NCBI GenBank assembly: GCA_045544815.1
Contig: JAZPZT010000004.1
Span: forward strand, 1,171 to 65,170
Length of the DNA stretch: 64,000 nucleotides
From: Acutalibacteraceae bacterium
GTDB taxonomy: Bacteria; Bacillota; Clostridia; Oscillospirales; Acutalibacteraceae
Reading direction: 5' to 3'
Shown in pieces: positions 49,647 through 60,600 of this stretch. A program made the position numbers and the translations under genes. Position 1 is the stretch's first letter. Each line of letters opens with the position of its first letter. The notes below the pieces were generated by a model that ran no database searches, was not told where the DNA came from, and saw nothing but the letters and a program-made list of their open reading frames with translations.

Positions 49647-49685
49647 AAAAAGGACAACCGCTTTTGTGGTTGTCCTTTTTCTTTT
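49647..49685 (+). terminator. Intrinsic terminator after the STAND gene
   Basis: AAAAAGGACAACCGC-TTTT-GTGGTTGTCCTTTTT. It is near-identical to the terminator at 41547-41581. Confidence 0.85.
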
Positions 49686-49850
49686 GAATCGTTGCGGCGT
49701 ATCGGCAAAAAAGATTTCTGTTGAAACGCAGGCGATTTTCGCCCTTTTTTTCACGGAAAAAGCAATAAAATGACGGTATTCACGATGAAAAACAGCCAAT
49801 TTTTTGCATCCTTTTTAGCTGAAATCATATATCTTTTTTCAGTTAAGGTA

Positions 49851-49879
49851 TTGAAATTTCTCGCATAAGGTGTTATTAT
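49851..49879 (+). promoter_or_regulatory. Candidate promoter of the glycopolymer locus
   Basis: TTGAAA, a 17-nt spacer, then TATTAT in an AT-rich intergenic region. It predicts a leader of about 90 nt. Confidence 0.45.
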
Positions 49880-49973
49880 GTTAATTAATATTATATAATG
49901 CGTGCGTTGCGCGCGTGTATAAAATAAAATACAACGACAATCGTCGAATTTTGATATGACAAAGGAGCACAAA

Positions 49974-50735
49974 ATGGATAAGAAAGAGAATTTTTCCAAC
50001 GACATTTACGTAGTGGATCTCGCCCACGTAGTAAAGGTGGTGTGGCAACACATTCGTGCTGTGGTGATTGCCAGCTTATGCACCGCCGTGATCGGCTTTT
50101 TGCTGGCCGCCGTGATTATCAAACCGACCTACTCCTCCTCCGTGATGCTGTACGTTAACAACAGCTCGTTCAACGTGGGAGATTTGGGATTCAGTATCAG
50201 CTCCTCCGAGCTGACCGCTGCACAGAGTTTGGCCAAGACCTATACGGTGTTGCTGAAAAACCGCACCACACTGGAGCGATTGATCGAAGAGACCGAGATC
50301 GAATACACTTGGGAAGAACTCTACGATATGATCGAGTCCAGTCCCGTCAATGAGACCGAGGTCATGCAGGTGACCGTCACCTGCCACAACCCCTACGAGG
50401 CACAACGCATCGCCAAAGGCATTGAAGTGGTGCTCCCCAAAGTGGTTGCCGAGATCATCGAGGGTGCTACGATGGAGGTCGTCGACTTTGCCTACGTAGA
50501 CACCGACAAGGTTGGGCCCAGCGTTACATTGTACACGGCGGTCGGCCTGGTCGTCGGCCTGCTGCTGTCGGTGGCGGTGCTGATCGTGCTGGCCCTGATG
50601 GACAACACCGTCCACGACGAAGAGTACGTCATCCGCACCTTCGGCTATCCCATTCTGGCACAGGTGCCCAACCTCAACGAAAGCTCGCCCAAGCGATACG
50701 GCTATACCAGCCCCCCGCGACATAGTGCCCAATAA
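49974..50735 (+). CDS. Wzz-family polysaccharide chain-length determinant (no kinase partner seen)
   Basis: It has an N-terminal TM, a Wzz-like periplasmic region (IIKPTYSSSVMLYVNN) and a C-terminal TM. The ATG at 49974 lies 6 nt after AAAGGAG. Confidence 0.8.
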   Translation: MDKKENFSNDIYVVDLAHVVKVVWQHIRAVVIASLCTAVIGFLLAAVIIKPTYSSSVMLYVNNSSFNVGDLGFSISSSELTAAQSLAKTYTVLLKNRTTLERLIEETEIEYTWEELYDMIESSPVNETEVMQVTVTCHNPYEAQRIAKGIEVVLPKVVAEIIEGATMEVVDFAYVDTDKVGPSVTLYTAVGLVVGLLLSVAVLIVLALMDNTVHDEEYVIRTFGYPILAQVPNLNESSPKRYGYTSPPRHSAQ

Positions 50736-50786
50736 CACGCAAACACCCTGCCGACCGAAAATTCTCCGTCGAAAGGAACGAAGCAT

Positions 50787-51788
50787 ATGAACGGACACGA
50801 ACAGCGTCAAAGCACACAAAAAAACACGGTGAAAATCCTCATAGTTCTATTGGTCGCCGTGCTGTTGTTCTCCACGGTAATGTTTCTGCTCAGTGTATGG
50901 GATAAGTTTCACGGCCACTACACCGGGAGCGAACTGCCCACTGAGCACACCCTGACGTATAACGGTGTGGACTACACCCTGCGAGAGGGTGTCGAGACAC
51001 TGCTGGTACTGGGTCTGGACACCTATACCGACACCGGATTGGATTCCTACAACAACAATAAGCAGGCCGATTTCCTGCTTCTGTTGGTGATGGACACCGA
51101 AAACGACACCTTCAAAGCCATCCACATCAATCGCGACACCATCGCCAACGTGGACGTATTGGGCGTCTCCGGCGATCGCATCGACACGGTGCGCCAGCAG
51201 ATCGCTCTGGCTCACACCTACGGCAACGGTCGCGAGGTCAGTTGCCGCAATACAGCCGATGCGGTATCCGACTTACTGAAAGGCGTCCCCATTGATCATT
51301 ACGTATCCGTGGCTATGGACGCCGTGCCCGTCTACAACGACCTGGTGGGCGGTGTCACGCTGGAGATGTTGGACGATTTCTCCTCTTTCTATCCCGAGAT
51401 GAAAGAGGGCGAAACCGTCACCCTCACCGGTGAGCAGGCATTCGCCTACGTCCGCGCCCGCAAGGGCTTGGAGGATCCCAGCAACAGCCGCCGTATGGCC
51501 CGACAGAAACAATATCTGGAGGCACTGTACGAGCGCACCAATCAACGCGTGCAGGAGCAAGACAACTTTGTCGCGCAAGCCGCACTGGCCATGAGCGATT
51601 ATCTGGTGTCCGACTGTTCCGGCAATAAGCTGGAGGGCATCATGAGCCAATATGCCAAAAAGCCGCTGGACGCCATCCTCTCCTTTGACGGAGAACTGGT
51701 GACGGGCGACGTGTTTATGGAGTTTTACCCCGACGAGGATGACCTGATGCAAACGGTCATTGAGTGTTTCTATCAACCTGTCGAATGA
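50787..51788 (+). CDS. LytR-CpsA-Psr (LCP) family glycopolymer-to-peptidoglycan phosphotransferase
   Basis: It has an N-terminal TM and an LCP core (LLVLGLDTY...ADFLLLLVMD...IHINRDT). Confidence 0.85.
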   Translation: MNGHEQRQSTQKNTVKILIVLLVAVLLFSTVMFLLSVWDKFHGHYTGSELPTEHTLTYNGVDYTLREGVETLLVLGLDTYTDTGLDSYNNNKQADFLLLLVMDTENDTFKAIHINRDTIANVDVLGVSGDRIDTVRQQIALAHTYGNGREVSCRNTADAVSDLLKGVPIDHYVSVAMDAVPVYNDLVGGVTLEMLDDFSSFYPEMKEGETVTLTGEQAFAYVRARKGLEDPSNSRRMARQKQYLEALYERTNQRVQEQDNFVAQAALAMSDYLVSDCSGNKLEGIMSQYAKKPLDAILSFDGELVTGDVFMEFYPDEDDLMQTVIECFYQPVE

Positions 51789-51819
51789 TTCTGCAATAGC
51801 AGGGAAAAGAAGTGAAATC

Positions 51820-52506
51820 GTGATTAACAATCCGAACCAAGAAAAAGAGAACGTCTCTGTCATTCTCCCCTACGCCAACGACGAGGAGTTTTACGTGGAA
51901 GAATTGGGCACCGTCGAAGAAAAACCGGTGTACACCTTTCTGAAGCGGACGTTCGATATCGTTTTTGCACTGATTCTGTTGGTGTTGCTGGCCGTGCCGA
52001 TGCTGGTGGTTGCCATCATCGTAAAGCTGACCACCAAAGGCTCGGTGCTGTATTATCAGGCACGGCTGGGTCTCAACGGCAAGCCTTTCAACATCATCAA
52101 ATTCCGCACGATGTATGAGGACGCGGAGGCAGACGGCCTGCGCTGGTCCATGGGCGACGATGACCCCCGTATCACCCCTGTTGGTCGCGTGCTGCGCAAG
52201 ACGCACTTGGATGAGCTGCCGCAGTTGTGGTGCATCCTCATCGGCGATATGAGTGTGGTGGGTCCTCGTCCCGAGCGCCCCGAGTATTACGAGCGATTCG
52301 AGCAATATATCCACGGTTTCCACGAGCGACTGAAAGTGAAGCCCGGCATGACCGGCCTGGCACAGGTGCGCGGTGGCTATTACCTAAAACCGGAAGAGAA
52401 AATCCTGTATGATATCGAATACATAAAAACCCGTTCTTTGGGATTGGAACTGCGCATTTTGTTAGAAACCGTTAAGGTGGTCTTCTGTTGTGAAGGCGTG
52501 AAATGA
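51820..52506 (+). CDS. Small polyprenyl-phosphate sugar-1-phosphate transferase (bacterial sugar transferase family, initiating enzyme)
   Basis: Motifs KRTFDIVFALILL, PFNIIKFRTM, DELPQL, SVVGPRP and GMTGLAQV are present. The start is uncertain: GTG at 51820 or TTG at 51760. Confidence 0.85.
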   Translation: MINNPNQEKENVSVILPYANDEEFYVEELGTVEEKPVYTFLKRTFDIVFALILLVLLAVPMLVVAIIVKLTTKGSVLYYQARLGLNGKPFNIIKFRTMYEDAEADGLRWSMGDDDPRITPVGRVLRKTHLDELPQLWCILIGDMSVVGPRPERPEYYERFEQYIHGFHERLKVKPGMTGLAQVRGGYYLKPEEKILYDIEYIKTRSLGLELRILLETVKVVFCCEGVK

Positions 52507-52519
52507 GGACGTCGACTGT

Positions 52520-53854
52520 ATGATAACCATTCGTTCAAAAACGCTGTTTTTGTGTGCCTGCTTGATCGAAGCCTGTTGGCTTTTGGTGGCGCAGATGCTC
52601 AACGCGACAGCTATATTGCTCCCCTGCCTGCTCTGTTTTTTGCTGCTGGTGGGCTGGGCGGCAATTAAAAACGCGGCGATGCCGGTGATTATGTTCTTTC
52701 TCCCCTTTGCGAAGCTACTGAAACTGCGCCCCGGCACCATTTCGTTTTTTACCATAGCCCTGCTGCTTGCCTATGGCATATGCACCATCATCGGCAGCCG
52801 ACAAGTAAAGGTGCTGCATCTCATTCCTGCCCTGCTGTTGGTGGTGATGACGCTGATCGTTAAGGCTGCATACGGATACGTTCCGACCAATTCTTACATT
52901 CTGTTTGCCGTCACCCTGCTGTTGGTTCCTTACCTTTCCCATGAGATGGATGGAACATACGATTTCTACTGGCTGACCGTATGCTTTTCGCTGGGTATCT
53001 GCCTGGCGGCCATTACCGCACAATTTATGACGGTGTTCCCCACCATCAGCCGCTATATTACGATCGACGTAAGTACGACCCTGTCTTTAGCGCGTCGTTC
53101 CGGCTACATGGGCGACCCCAACTTCTATGCCACGCACATCACCACAGCATTGAGCGGCATACTGCTCATACTGCTGAACAATCCCAAGCGTAGCAGACTG
53201 TTCGTGCTGATTCCGCTGGCATTTCTGTTGCTGTATTGTGGTTTGCTGTCGATATCCAAGTCTTTTATGCTCATCTGTGTGTGCCTGCTCCTTTTGTGGG
53301 TGATGATGCTGTTGTTGCAAAGAGGCAAAGTGTCGATCAAAGCGGCCATCATTGTGACGCTCATCATCGCCTTTGCGTTTTTGTTATCCACCACCGTATT
53401 TACGGATATGCTGGATAAATTGTTCTTCCGTTTTAGCCAAGACACGAACTTGTCGGATTTCACCACCGGCCGTACCGAGGTGTGGGATTCCTACATCCAA
53501 GCCATATTCAGCGACGTAAAGCTACTGCTGTTTGGACAAGGTTGCACCAATATGCTCCTTGGTGACAAAGCCACGCACAACACCTTACTACAGTGTTTTT
53601 ACCAATTAGGCTTGATTGGCTGCGCAATATTAATTCTGTGGCTCGTGTATTTCTACCAAACCCTGCTGAGAGGCACGCGCTTGCAGCGGCATCAAGCGGT
53701 GCGGCTGGCTATCGTGCTCATCGGCACTTTCGGCCCCTGGGTCGCGTTGGACTACTTATTCTTTGACGAGTTCTTCCTCCTGCCCATCTACGTATGCATA
53801 GCGGTGCGCTTTTTGCACCAACAGCAGGAGACGGAAAAGCCCCTGCTCAATTAG
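52520..53854 (+). CDS. O-antigen polymerase/ligase-like (Wzy-type) polytopic membrane protein
   Basis: It has about 10-12 TM segments with a large loop containing the HNTLLQ motif region. It is AT-richer, as is usual for wzy genes. Confidence 0.7.
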   Translation: MITIRSKTLFLCACLIEACWLLVAQMLNATAILLPCLLCFLLLVGWAAIKNAAMPVIMFFLPFAKLLKLRPGTISFFTIALLLAYGICTIIGSRQVKVLHLIPALLLVVMTLIVKAAYGYVPTNSYILFAVTLLLVPYLSHEMDGTYDFYWLTVCFSLGICLAAITAQFMTVFPTISRYITIDVSTTLSLARRSGYMGDPNFYATHITTALSGILLILLNNPKRSRLFVLIPLAFLLLYCGLLSISKSFMLICVCLLLLWVMMLLLQRGKVSIKAAIIVTLIIAFAFLLSTTVFTDMLDKLFFRFSQDTNLSDFTTGRTEVWDSYIQAIFSDVKLLLFGQGCTNMLLGDKATHNTLLQCFYQLGLIGCAILILWLVYFYQTLLRGTRLQRHQAVRLAIVLIGTFGPWVALDYLFFDEFFLLPIYVCIAVRFLHQQQETEKPLLN

Positions 53855-53875
53855 CAAACAAGAAAGGAGGTGCCG

Positions 53876-54667
53876 ATGATGCATTCCACTGCCGACAACC
53901 ACATTCCGGCAACGGTTTCCATCATTATGCCGGCCTACAACGCCGCCGCTTATATCGAAGAGGCGATTCACTCCGTGATGAGCCAAACCTATAGCGCATG
54001 GCGGCTGCTGGTGCTGGACGACGGCTCCTCCGACCACACGATAGACATCGTGAGGCGGTTGGCAGAACAGGACGCGCGCATTACGCTATCGTGTAACCCA
54101 CAAAATTGCGGTGCGGCCCGTACCCGCAACCGCGGATTGGACCTGTGCGACGATGGATTCGTTGCCTTCTTAGACAGTGACGATCGGTGGCACCCCGAAA
54201 AATTAGCCACGCAGATACGCTTGGCCCATCAAAGCGGCGCGGATATCGTGTACACCTCCTACGCCATCATAGATTGCGACGGAAAGCCCTGCCGGCATCC
54301 CTACATCGTGCCGGAGCACACCGGCTTTGACCATATGCTCAAGGAAAACGTCATCGGCTGCTCCACCGTACTGCTGTCTCCGACGGCGGCGCGAAAATAC
54401 CGCTTCCCCGTTGGTTTCTATCACGAAGACTATTGCCTGTGGCTGGATATGCTGCAGGACGGCTGTCAAGCGGTAGGCTCCTCCCAGGTATTAACCGAGT
54501 GGCGCCTTATCAACGGATCCCGCTCCTTTGATAAGCGTAACGGTGTGCGCCAACGCTGGCGTATCTACCGCGAACACCTACACCTGCCGCTTTGGAAATG
54601 TGTGAGTTCTTTCATCGGCTACGCCGTAAGCGGCATCAAAAAATACTACAAGAAGCACAAGGAATGA
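53876..54667 (+). CDS. Family 2 glycosyltransferase
   Basis: VSIIMPAYNAAAYIEEAI..., the LDDGSSD and FLDSDD (DxD) motifs are present. Confidence 0.88.
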   Translation: MMHSTADNHIPATVSIIMPAYNAAAYIEEAIHSVMSQTYSAWRLLVLDDGSSDHTIDIVRRLAEQDARITLSCNPQNCGAARTRNRGLDLCDDGFVAFLDSDDRWHPEKLATQIRLAHQSGADIVYTSYAIIDCDGKPCRHPYIVPEHTGFDHMLKENVIGCSTVLLSPTAARKYRFPVGFYHEDYCLWLDMLQDGCQAVGSSQVLTEWRLINGSRSFDKRNGVRQRWRIYREHLHLPLWKCVSSFIGYAVSGIKKYYKKHKE

Positions 54668-54672
54668 AATCC

Positions 54673-55545
54673 ATGACTGAAAACGACCGGCAACACGCCA
54701 CCCTTGCCCAGCACCAAGCGGCGCTGCTACGCTTGCTTCAGGAGTTCGATCGGGTGTGTAAGGAACTGAATATTCCCTACGTGCTGTATGCCGGCACGCT
54801 GCTGGGTGCCGTGCGGCACGAGGGGTTTATCCCGTGGGACGACGATCTGGACGTGCTGATGTTGCGTGAGGATTATAACCGTTTTTTGGCGGAGGCGCCT
54901 GCGGTGCTGGACACCGACATCTTTTATCTGCAAAAAGAATTTTCCGAACACTGGCCGCTGTTCTTTTCCAAATTGCGGCTCAACGGCACCGCCTGCTTGG
55001 AAAAAATCCACCCCAAAGACCCACAGATGCATCAGGGCATCTATATCGACATCTTCCCCTGCGACGACGCCCGCCCCACCGCATGGGGACGGCGAATACA
55101 GTTCGCCGCCTCTAAGGTGATCATCGCCAAGGCGCTGGATAAGCGAGGCTACGACACCGACAGCGCCGCAAAAAAGGTGTTCATCGCCCTATGCCGCTTG
55201 CTTCCGCAAAAGCCGTTTCTCAAAACGGTCCAACGGGGAAAAGCGGACGGCGACACGGTGCACACCTTCCTGGCCGGCGCACGGAGATATGAAAAAAACG
55301 TGATCCCTCGCCGCTTTTTGACCGAGCGCTGCGACGTCATCTTCGAGGGTGGCTCCTATCCTGCCCCTGCCGATTACGACTCCTGCTTACATAGGCTGTA
55401 CGGCGATTATATGCAATTGCCGCCGCCGGAGGAACGGGTGTGCAAGGAACACGCCATCTTGGTAGATACCGAACGTTCCTATGAAGAATACGCCGACTAT
55501 CGCGCGGACATGACCTTTGAGGTCTACACCCGCAGTATTCGATAA
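54673..55545 (+). CDS. LicD-family phosphotransferase
   Basis: Motifs YAGTLLGAVRHEGFIPWDDDLDVLM and IDIFPCD are present. The start is the ATG at 54673, or at 54664 overlapping the upstream stop. Confidence 0.85.
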   Translation: MTENDRQHATLAQHQAALLRLLQEFDRVCKELNIPYVLYAGTLLGAVRHEGFIPWDDDLDVLMLREDYNRFLAEAPAVLDTDIFYLQKEFSEHWPLFFSKLRLNGTACLEKIHPKDPQMHQGIYIDIFPCDDARPTAWGRRIQFAASKVIIAKALDKRGYDTDSAAKKVFIALCRLLPQKPFLKTVQRGKADGDTVHTFLAGARRYEKNVIPRRFLTERCDVIFEGGSYPAPADYDSCLHRLYGDYMQLPPPEERVCKEHAILVDTERSYEEYADYRADMTFEVYTRSIR

Positions 55546-55574
55546 AAAACTAACCCACAAAGAAGGTGTGCCTG

Positions 55575-56378
55575 ATGAGGCTACAGGTTTTGGCGGTGAC
55601 CATGCACCGCGAGGACTTGTCCATCGCCGAACAAATGAATATACGCTGCGATGCGCTGATTGCCAATCAGGCCGACCGAGAGGAAACCGTTATCTGCGAT
55701 ACCGTACACGGCAGATGGCAGATGATTACCACCGCCACACGGGGCGTAGGACGCAACCGTAACGTCGGCCTTGCGGCCGCGGACGGCGACATTCTCCTGT
55801 TGTCGGATGACGACGTGGTGTATCGTGACGATATGCCGACCGAGGTGCTCAAAGCCTTTGCAGACTGTCTGCAGGCGGACGTGATGATATTCGGCATGGA
55901 TATGGTCCGTGACGGACAGGTATTCGAAACGCGTTGCGAACCACACCGCCGCGTGCGTATCTGGAACGCGATGAAATACGGCACCTATCGCATCGCCATT
56001 CGCCGCGAGGCGTTAGAGCGCGCACACATACGATTTCACGAATCTTTCGGCGGCGGATGCCCCTTCAGCGCCGGCGAAGACAGTTTGTTTATAAAGGGTT
56101 GTTTAGACAACCATTTGCGCATTTATACCCATCCCTACGTATTGGGAACCTGTTGTAAAGATAGTTCCTCCTGGTTCGTAGGCTACAACGATAAGTATTT
56201 TTACGACAAAGGGGTGCTGGTACGGCACCTGTTTCCCCGCACGGCCTATCTGATGGCGCTGTATTTCGCCGTCCGCTTCAAGCGAAACACCCACGTAGGT
56301 GTGTGGCGGCGACTGCAACTGGTGTATGCCGGTGTCCGTGGCGGGAAACAGATGGCCCCGTACCCGGGAACGCTATGA
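55575..56378 (+). CDS. GT-A fold glycosyltransferase (family uncertain)
   Basis: It has TATRGVGRNRNVGL and a LLSDDD DxD-like motif. The product is 267 aa. Confidence 0.65.
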   Translation: MRLQVLAVTMHREDLSIAEQMNIRCDALIANQADREETVICDTVHGRWQMITTATRGVGRNRNVGLAAADGDILLLSDDDVVYRDDMPTEVLKAFADCLQADVMIFGMDMVRDGQVFETRCEPHRRVRIWNAMKYGTYRIAIRREALERAHIRFHESFGGGCPFSAGEDSLFIKGCLDNHLRIYTHPYVLGTCCKDSSSWFVGYNDKYFYDKGVLVRHLFPRTAYLMALYFAVRFKRNTHVGVWRRLQLVYAGVRGGKQMAPYPGTL

Positions 56379-57544
56379 AAGAGTTATTGATCGTCAACAA
56401 TAACATGAAGGTAGGCGGCGTGCAGAAGAGCTTATGTAATCTGTTGTGGTCTTTGGATCCCACGGAATACCACGTGACGCTGCTGCTGTTCTCCAAATCA
56501 GGGGCCTATTTGGACGAACTGCCCCCCACGGTAGATATCATTGAGGAAACCGGTCCCTTCCGCTTGTTTGGCAAGAGTCAGAGCGAATACACCGGTTTGG
56601 ACGCGATCAAGCGCACCGGCTTGGCAATCATCAGTCGCTTTTTGGGACGGGATACCGCCGTACGGCTGATGCGCAAACGACAGCCCACCATCGGCCCATA
56701 CGATTGCGCCATATCTTTTCTGAATAACGGCCCGAAAGAGAAGTTGTACGGCGGAGCGCAAGATTTTGTGCTGTACTGTACCGAGGCAAGACACAAGGTG
56801 CTGTTTCTTCACGGAGATTACGACCAAAGCGGCTGTCATTACCCCTCCAACGATGGGGCGGTGGCACAGTTTGATACCATTGCCGCCTGCTCCGAGGGGT
56901 GTCGCCGTGCTTTCGTGGCGGCATTGCCCGATTTGGCGGATCGCTGTGTGACGGTGCGCAACTGCCACCGCTACGATACCATCCGCGCCATGGCGCAGGA
57001 GCCCATAACTCCATACAGTTCGGACGCCATACACGCCGTGATGGTGGCCCGTCTATCCCATTGCAAAGGGATTGACCGCACCATCCGTGCCGTAGCCGTA
57101 GCGCGCGAGAAGGGATACCCTGTGGTGCTCCACATCGTGGGCGACGGCCCGATACGCGATTCGCTCTGCCGATTGGCAGAAGAATTGGCTGTCACCGAAT
57201 GGGTGATCTTCCACGGGGAGAAACAAAACCCTTATCCATACATAAAGCAAGCAGACCTATTATTGCTGACCTCCTATCACGAGGCAGCACCGATGGTAAT
57301 CGACGAGGCACGCTGTCTGGGTGTGCCGGTGTTGAGCACCAAAACCAGCTCCTCTCAAGAGATGGTGATCGAGACGCAGGCCGGTTGGGTCTGCGACAAT
57401 GATCAGGCCGCCATCAACGAGACGTTGTGCCGTGTATTGGCAGACCGAGAGAGCTTGATAACGGTTAAAGAGAGATTGCTGACCACACCGATGGATAATC
57501 GCGTAGCTTTGGAGCAATTTTCCGACGCCGTGTCGTCCCATTAA
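56375..57544 (+). CDS. GT-B fold glycosyltransferase (GT4-like)
   Basis: It has MKVGGVQKSL at the N-terminus and the E-x7-E region (SYHEAAPMVIDEA). An ATGA overlap links it to the upstream gene. Confidence 0.8.
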   Translation: MKELLIVNNNMKVGGVQKSLCNLLWSLDPTEYHVTLLLFSKSGAYLDELPPTVDIIEETGPFRLFGKSQSEYTGLDAIKRTGLAIISRFLGRDTAVRLMRKRQPTIGPYDCAISFLNNGPKEKLYGGAQDFVLYCTEARHKVLFLHGDYDQSGCHYPSNDGAVAQFDTIAACSEGCRRAFVAALPDLADRCVTVRNCHRYDTIRAMAQEPITPYSSDAIHAVMVARLSHCKGIDRTIRAVAVAREKGYPVVLHIVGDGPIRDSLCRLAEELAVTEWVIFHGEKQNPYPYIKQADLLLLTSYHEAAPMVIDEARCLGVPVLSTKTSSSQEMVIETQAGWVCDNDQAAINETLCRVLADRESLITVKERLLTTPMDNRVALEQFSDAVSSH

Positions 57545-57618
57545 TCTTGTTTCCCACGGGGGCGTCCCCGTTAAGTATATTTGGTTTCCAATTTTATTAT
57601 AAAAAGGAGAGAGGACAC

Positions 57619-60600
57619 ATGCTAAAAAAGGCAACCGCCAAAGTATTGGCGATGGTTTTGGCAACCCTGATGGTCGTAGGCTTATTCCCCATGTCCGCAT
57701 TTGCCGACACCACCAACTACCCCGATTTTTTAGCAAATTTAAAGCAACTGGAGGTCTATGCGGATGAGTTTGCCGCTCAATCCAGCCGTGACCCCGGTGA
57801 ACTGGTGCTGAACTTTATCCGCACCGGTGTCGAACGTTACCAGGATGGTAACTGGGCGGCGCTGGCCGGACAAGAGATCACCGTATTCACCGACTACGTT
57901 GCGCAGCAGGACGCTGCCAACGGTACCAACGTGATGGATTTGCGCGACATTGTCATTGATGATTTTACTCTGCCCAATGGCAATCCCTCCGACTTCGGTC
58001 ACATGTTCGGTACGATGAACATCTCGTACGTAAACGCTGCGGTACAGTCTGACGACTTGGCCGGCTGGGCAGGTGACCTGTGTGACCTGCTGTATTTCAG
58101 CGCTCTGTATGGTCAGGTACCCCCCAGCGGCACCATCGAAGAAATGGCCGCCTACATCCGTGAGAATTGCTTCGGCGTGAATGCCGACAATGCCTTCGGC
58201 TGGGACGATTTCTACGGTGATATGGACGCCTATTATCTGGTGCGCGAGTACGAGGCCGGCAACGGTTCCTTCAGCGAACTGATGGAGTCCTATTTCACCG
58301 CCGATTTGAGCGATGATGACCGCTCTGTGTACTTCCTGAACAACCGTTTCCCCGGTCTGACCACCCGTGACGAGGTGCGTACGGCACTGTACAACGCCTA
58401 TCGTACCAACGTGGGTATCCAGATTTTGGAGGCTGACCGCGACATTTCGGATTACAGCACTATGCGTCAGGCCAGCTGCTACGCTATGGCAGACTATCTG
58501 TTCGATCACGCCGAGGGCAAGCTGGACGCCGAGGGCGGCGAGGACGACGGTGAGGACGAGGAAAAGCCGGAGAACGGCTATTTCTCCGTTTTCTCCACCA
58601 CCTCCTCCGTGCTGGCCCCCGGTATCAGCCAGGACATCCACTACGCCATGTCCGCCGACGGCAAGCAGATGGTGTACTACGTGGCTACTGTGGACGTCAA
58701 TCGTGACGACGTGACCATTATGGCTAACTACAAGGACAACGATCCCTCCAAGGGCTGGGGTATGCAGCGCGTTGAGGATCAGGTTGCCGCCATGGTCAAG
58801 AACAATGCGCACGTGGAGAATTTCACTCCCGTGGTTGCTACCAACGGTGACGGCTTTAACACCACCACCGGCGAGCCTGCCGGTCTGTTGGTGATGAACG
58901 GCAAGGTATGGAAGCCCATCGATGGCGACGGCTTCTTCGGCATTTTGAAGGATGGCAGTGCCATCATCGGCACCAAGGCGGACTACGATGCTCTGTCCGA
59001 CGAAGTGGTGGAAGGTATCGGCGGCTTCGGCTCCGGTAAATTCCTGGTGTGGGACGGCGAACTGGCCTCCGGCGCCACCGACGGCACCCGTGCCAGCCGT
59101 ACCGCCATCGGCATCAAGGCCGACGGCTCTGTGGTGATGATGGTGCTGGACGGCCGTCAGGAGCCCTTCTCCTGCGGCGGTAGCCTGCGCGAGATTGCCC
59201 AGATTATGCTGGAGGCCGGTTGCGTCCGCGCCGTGAACCTGGACGGCGGTGGCTCCACCACCTATATGTCCAAACCCGAAGGCAGCGACCAGATCAAGGT
59301 GGTCAACCGTCCCTCCGACGGCTACGCCCGTAGCGTGTCCGGCTCTTTGGTGGCGGTTTCCACCGCCAAGTCCTCCAAGGAGTTTGATCGTGCCATCATT
59401 GAGTCTGAGTACGATTATCTGACGGTTGGTACCGAGTTGAAGTTGAACGCCATCGGCGTCAACAACATCGGCTCTTCCGCCGAGATTCCTGAAGGCGCCT
59501 ACTGGACGGTCTCGGATGAGGCCATCGGCACCATTGATGAGAACGGTCTGTTCACCGCCGCCGATTACGGCGACGTGGAGATTCGGTTTGTGGTGAACGG
59601 CGAGGTTGCCGGTACCAAGACCTTACACGTGGTGGTCCCGGAGACTTTGGAATTCACCGAAAAGTCTCTGACACTCGTTTACGACAAGACTACCGCCCTG
59701 CCTCTGCTGGCTACCTACAACGGCAAGCCCGTGAAGATGAACGAGAACGACATCTTCTGCGGTTATTTGGAAGAGGATCCCGAGGCTGAGGGCGATATGT
59801 GGCCCCGCGCCATCTTCGAGGGCTTCAACGTCACTCCTCGCGGTGAGTCCGGCGCACGCAAGATGACCGTGTTTGCCATCGTGCTGGAGAATGAGGACGC
59901 CTATTGCGAGGTCAACGCCGCTATGTTCCACGAGAACGAGGCCACCTTTGATTTCGACAAGGCGACCGCCGGTAACCGCACTCTGGCCTGGATTCGTGAG
60001 GTGCTCAACACCACCACCACCGATAACTTCAACTACACGGTGGCGGATCCCTCCCAGAAAGTGACCTTGGGCTACACCTTTGCTCTGGATATGAACACCA
60101 TCGAGATCCCTGCCCAGATGGCGGATATCGTGTTCATGCTGCCCAACTCCGATAATCAGGGCGATTCCGCCTTTGGTTATATGTTGGCTTTGGCCGAGCG
60201 TGTCAGCATTCTCACCGAGGTGCGTATCACTGCCCAGTTCGATAAAGATCTGGACGTGGACATCTCCGAGCTGAAAGTGGTCAACGATTACTTTGCCCTC
60301 TCCTCCGCCACGGTGGATGAGAACAACCTGTTGACCATGGTCTTTAACTGGATCGATCGCACCGAGGCCATCGACGTGGCCACCGCCAACCCCCTGTGCA
60401 TTATGTCCGGTATCAAGGCCACTCCTAAGGACGACGCTTGGGACGGCAACGAGATGGTGATCGCCAACAGCGGTAACGTCAGCTACGACGTTTACCTGCG
60501 TGCTTCCTCTCTGTATTCCTTCGCTCAGAAGAAAGAGAACCAAGAGAAGTACGGTTTGCAGCCCTACTCCTCCTCTGAGACCGGTTGGGAGGGCGGCACC

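Noticed and set aside
41547-49685. Insertion sequence or prophage bounded by the twin hairpins
   Set aside because: There is no transposase, integrase or phage-like gene, and the repeats are terminator hairpins in direct orientation rather than IS-type inverted ends. It is reported only as a possible island footprint.
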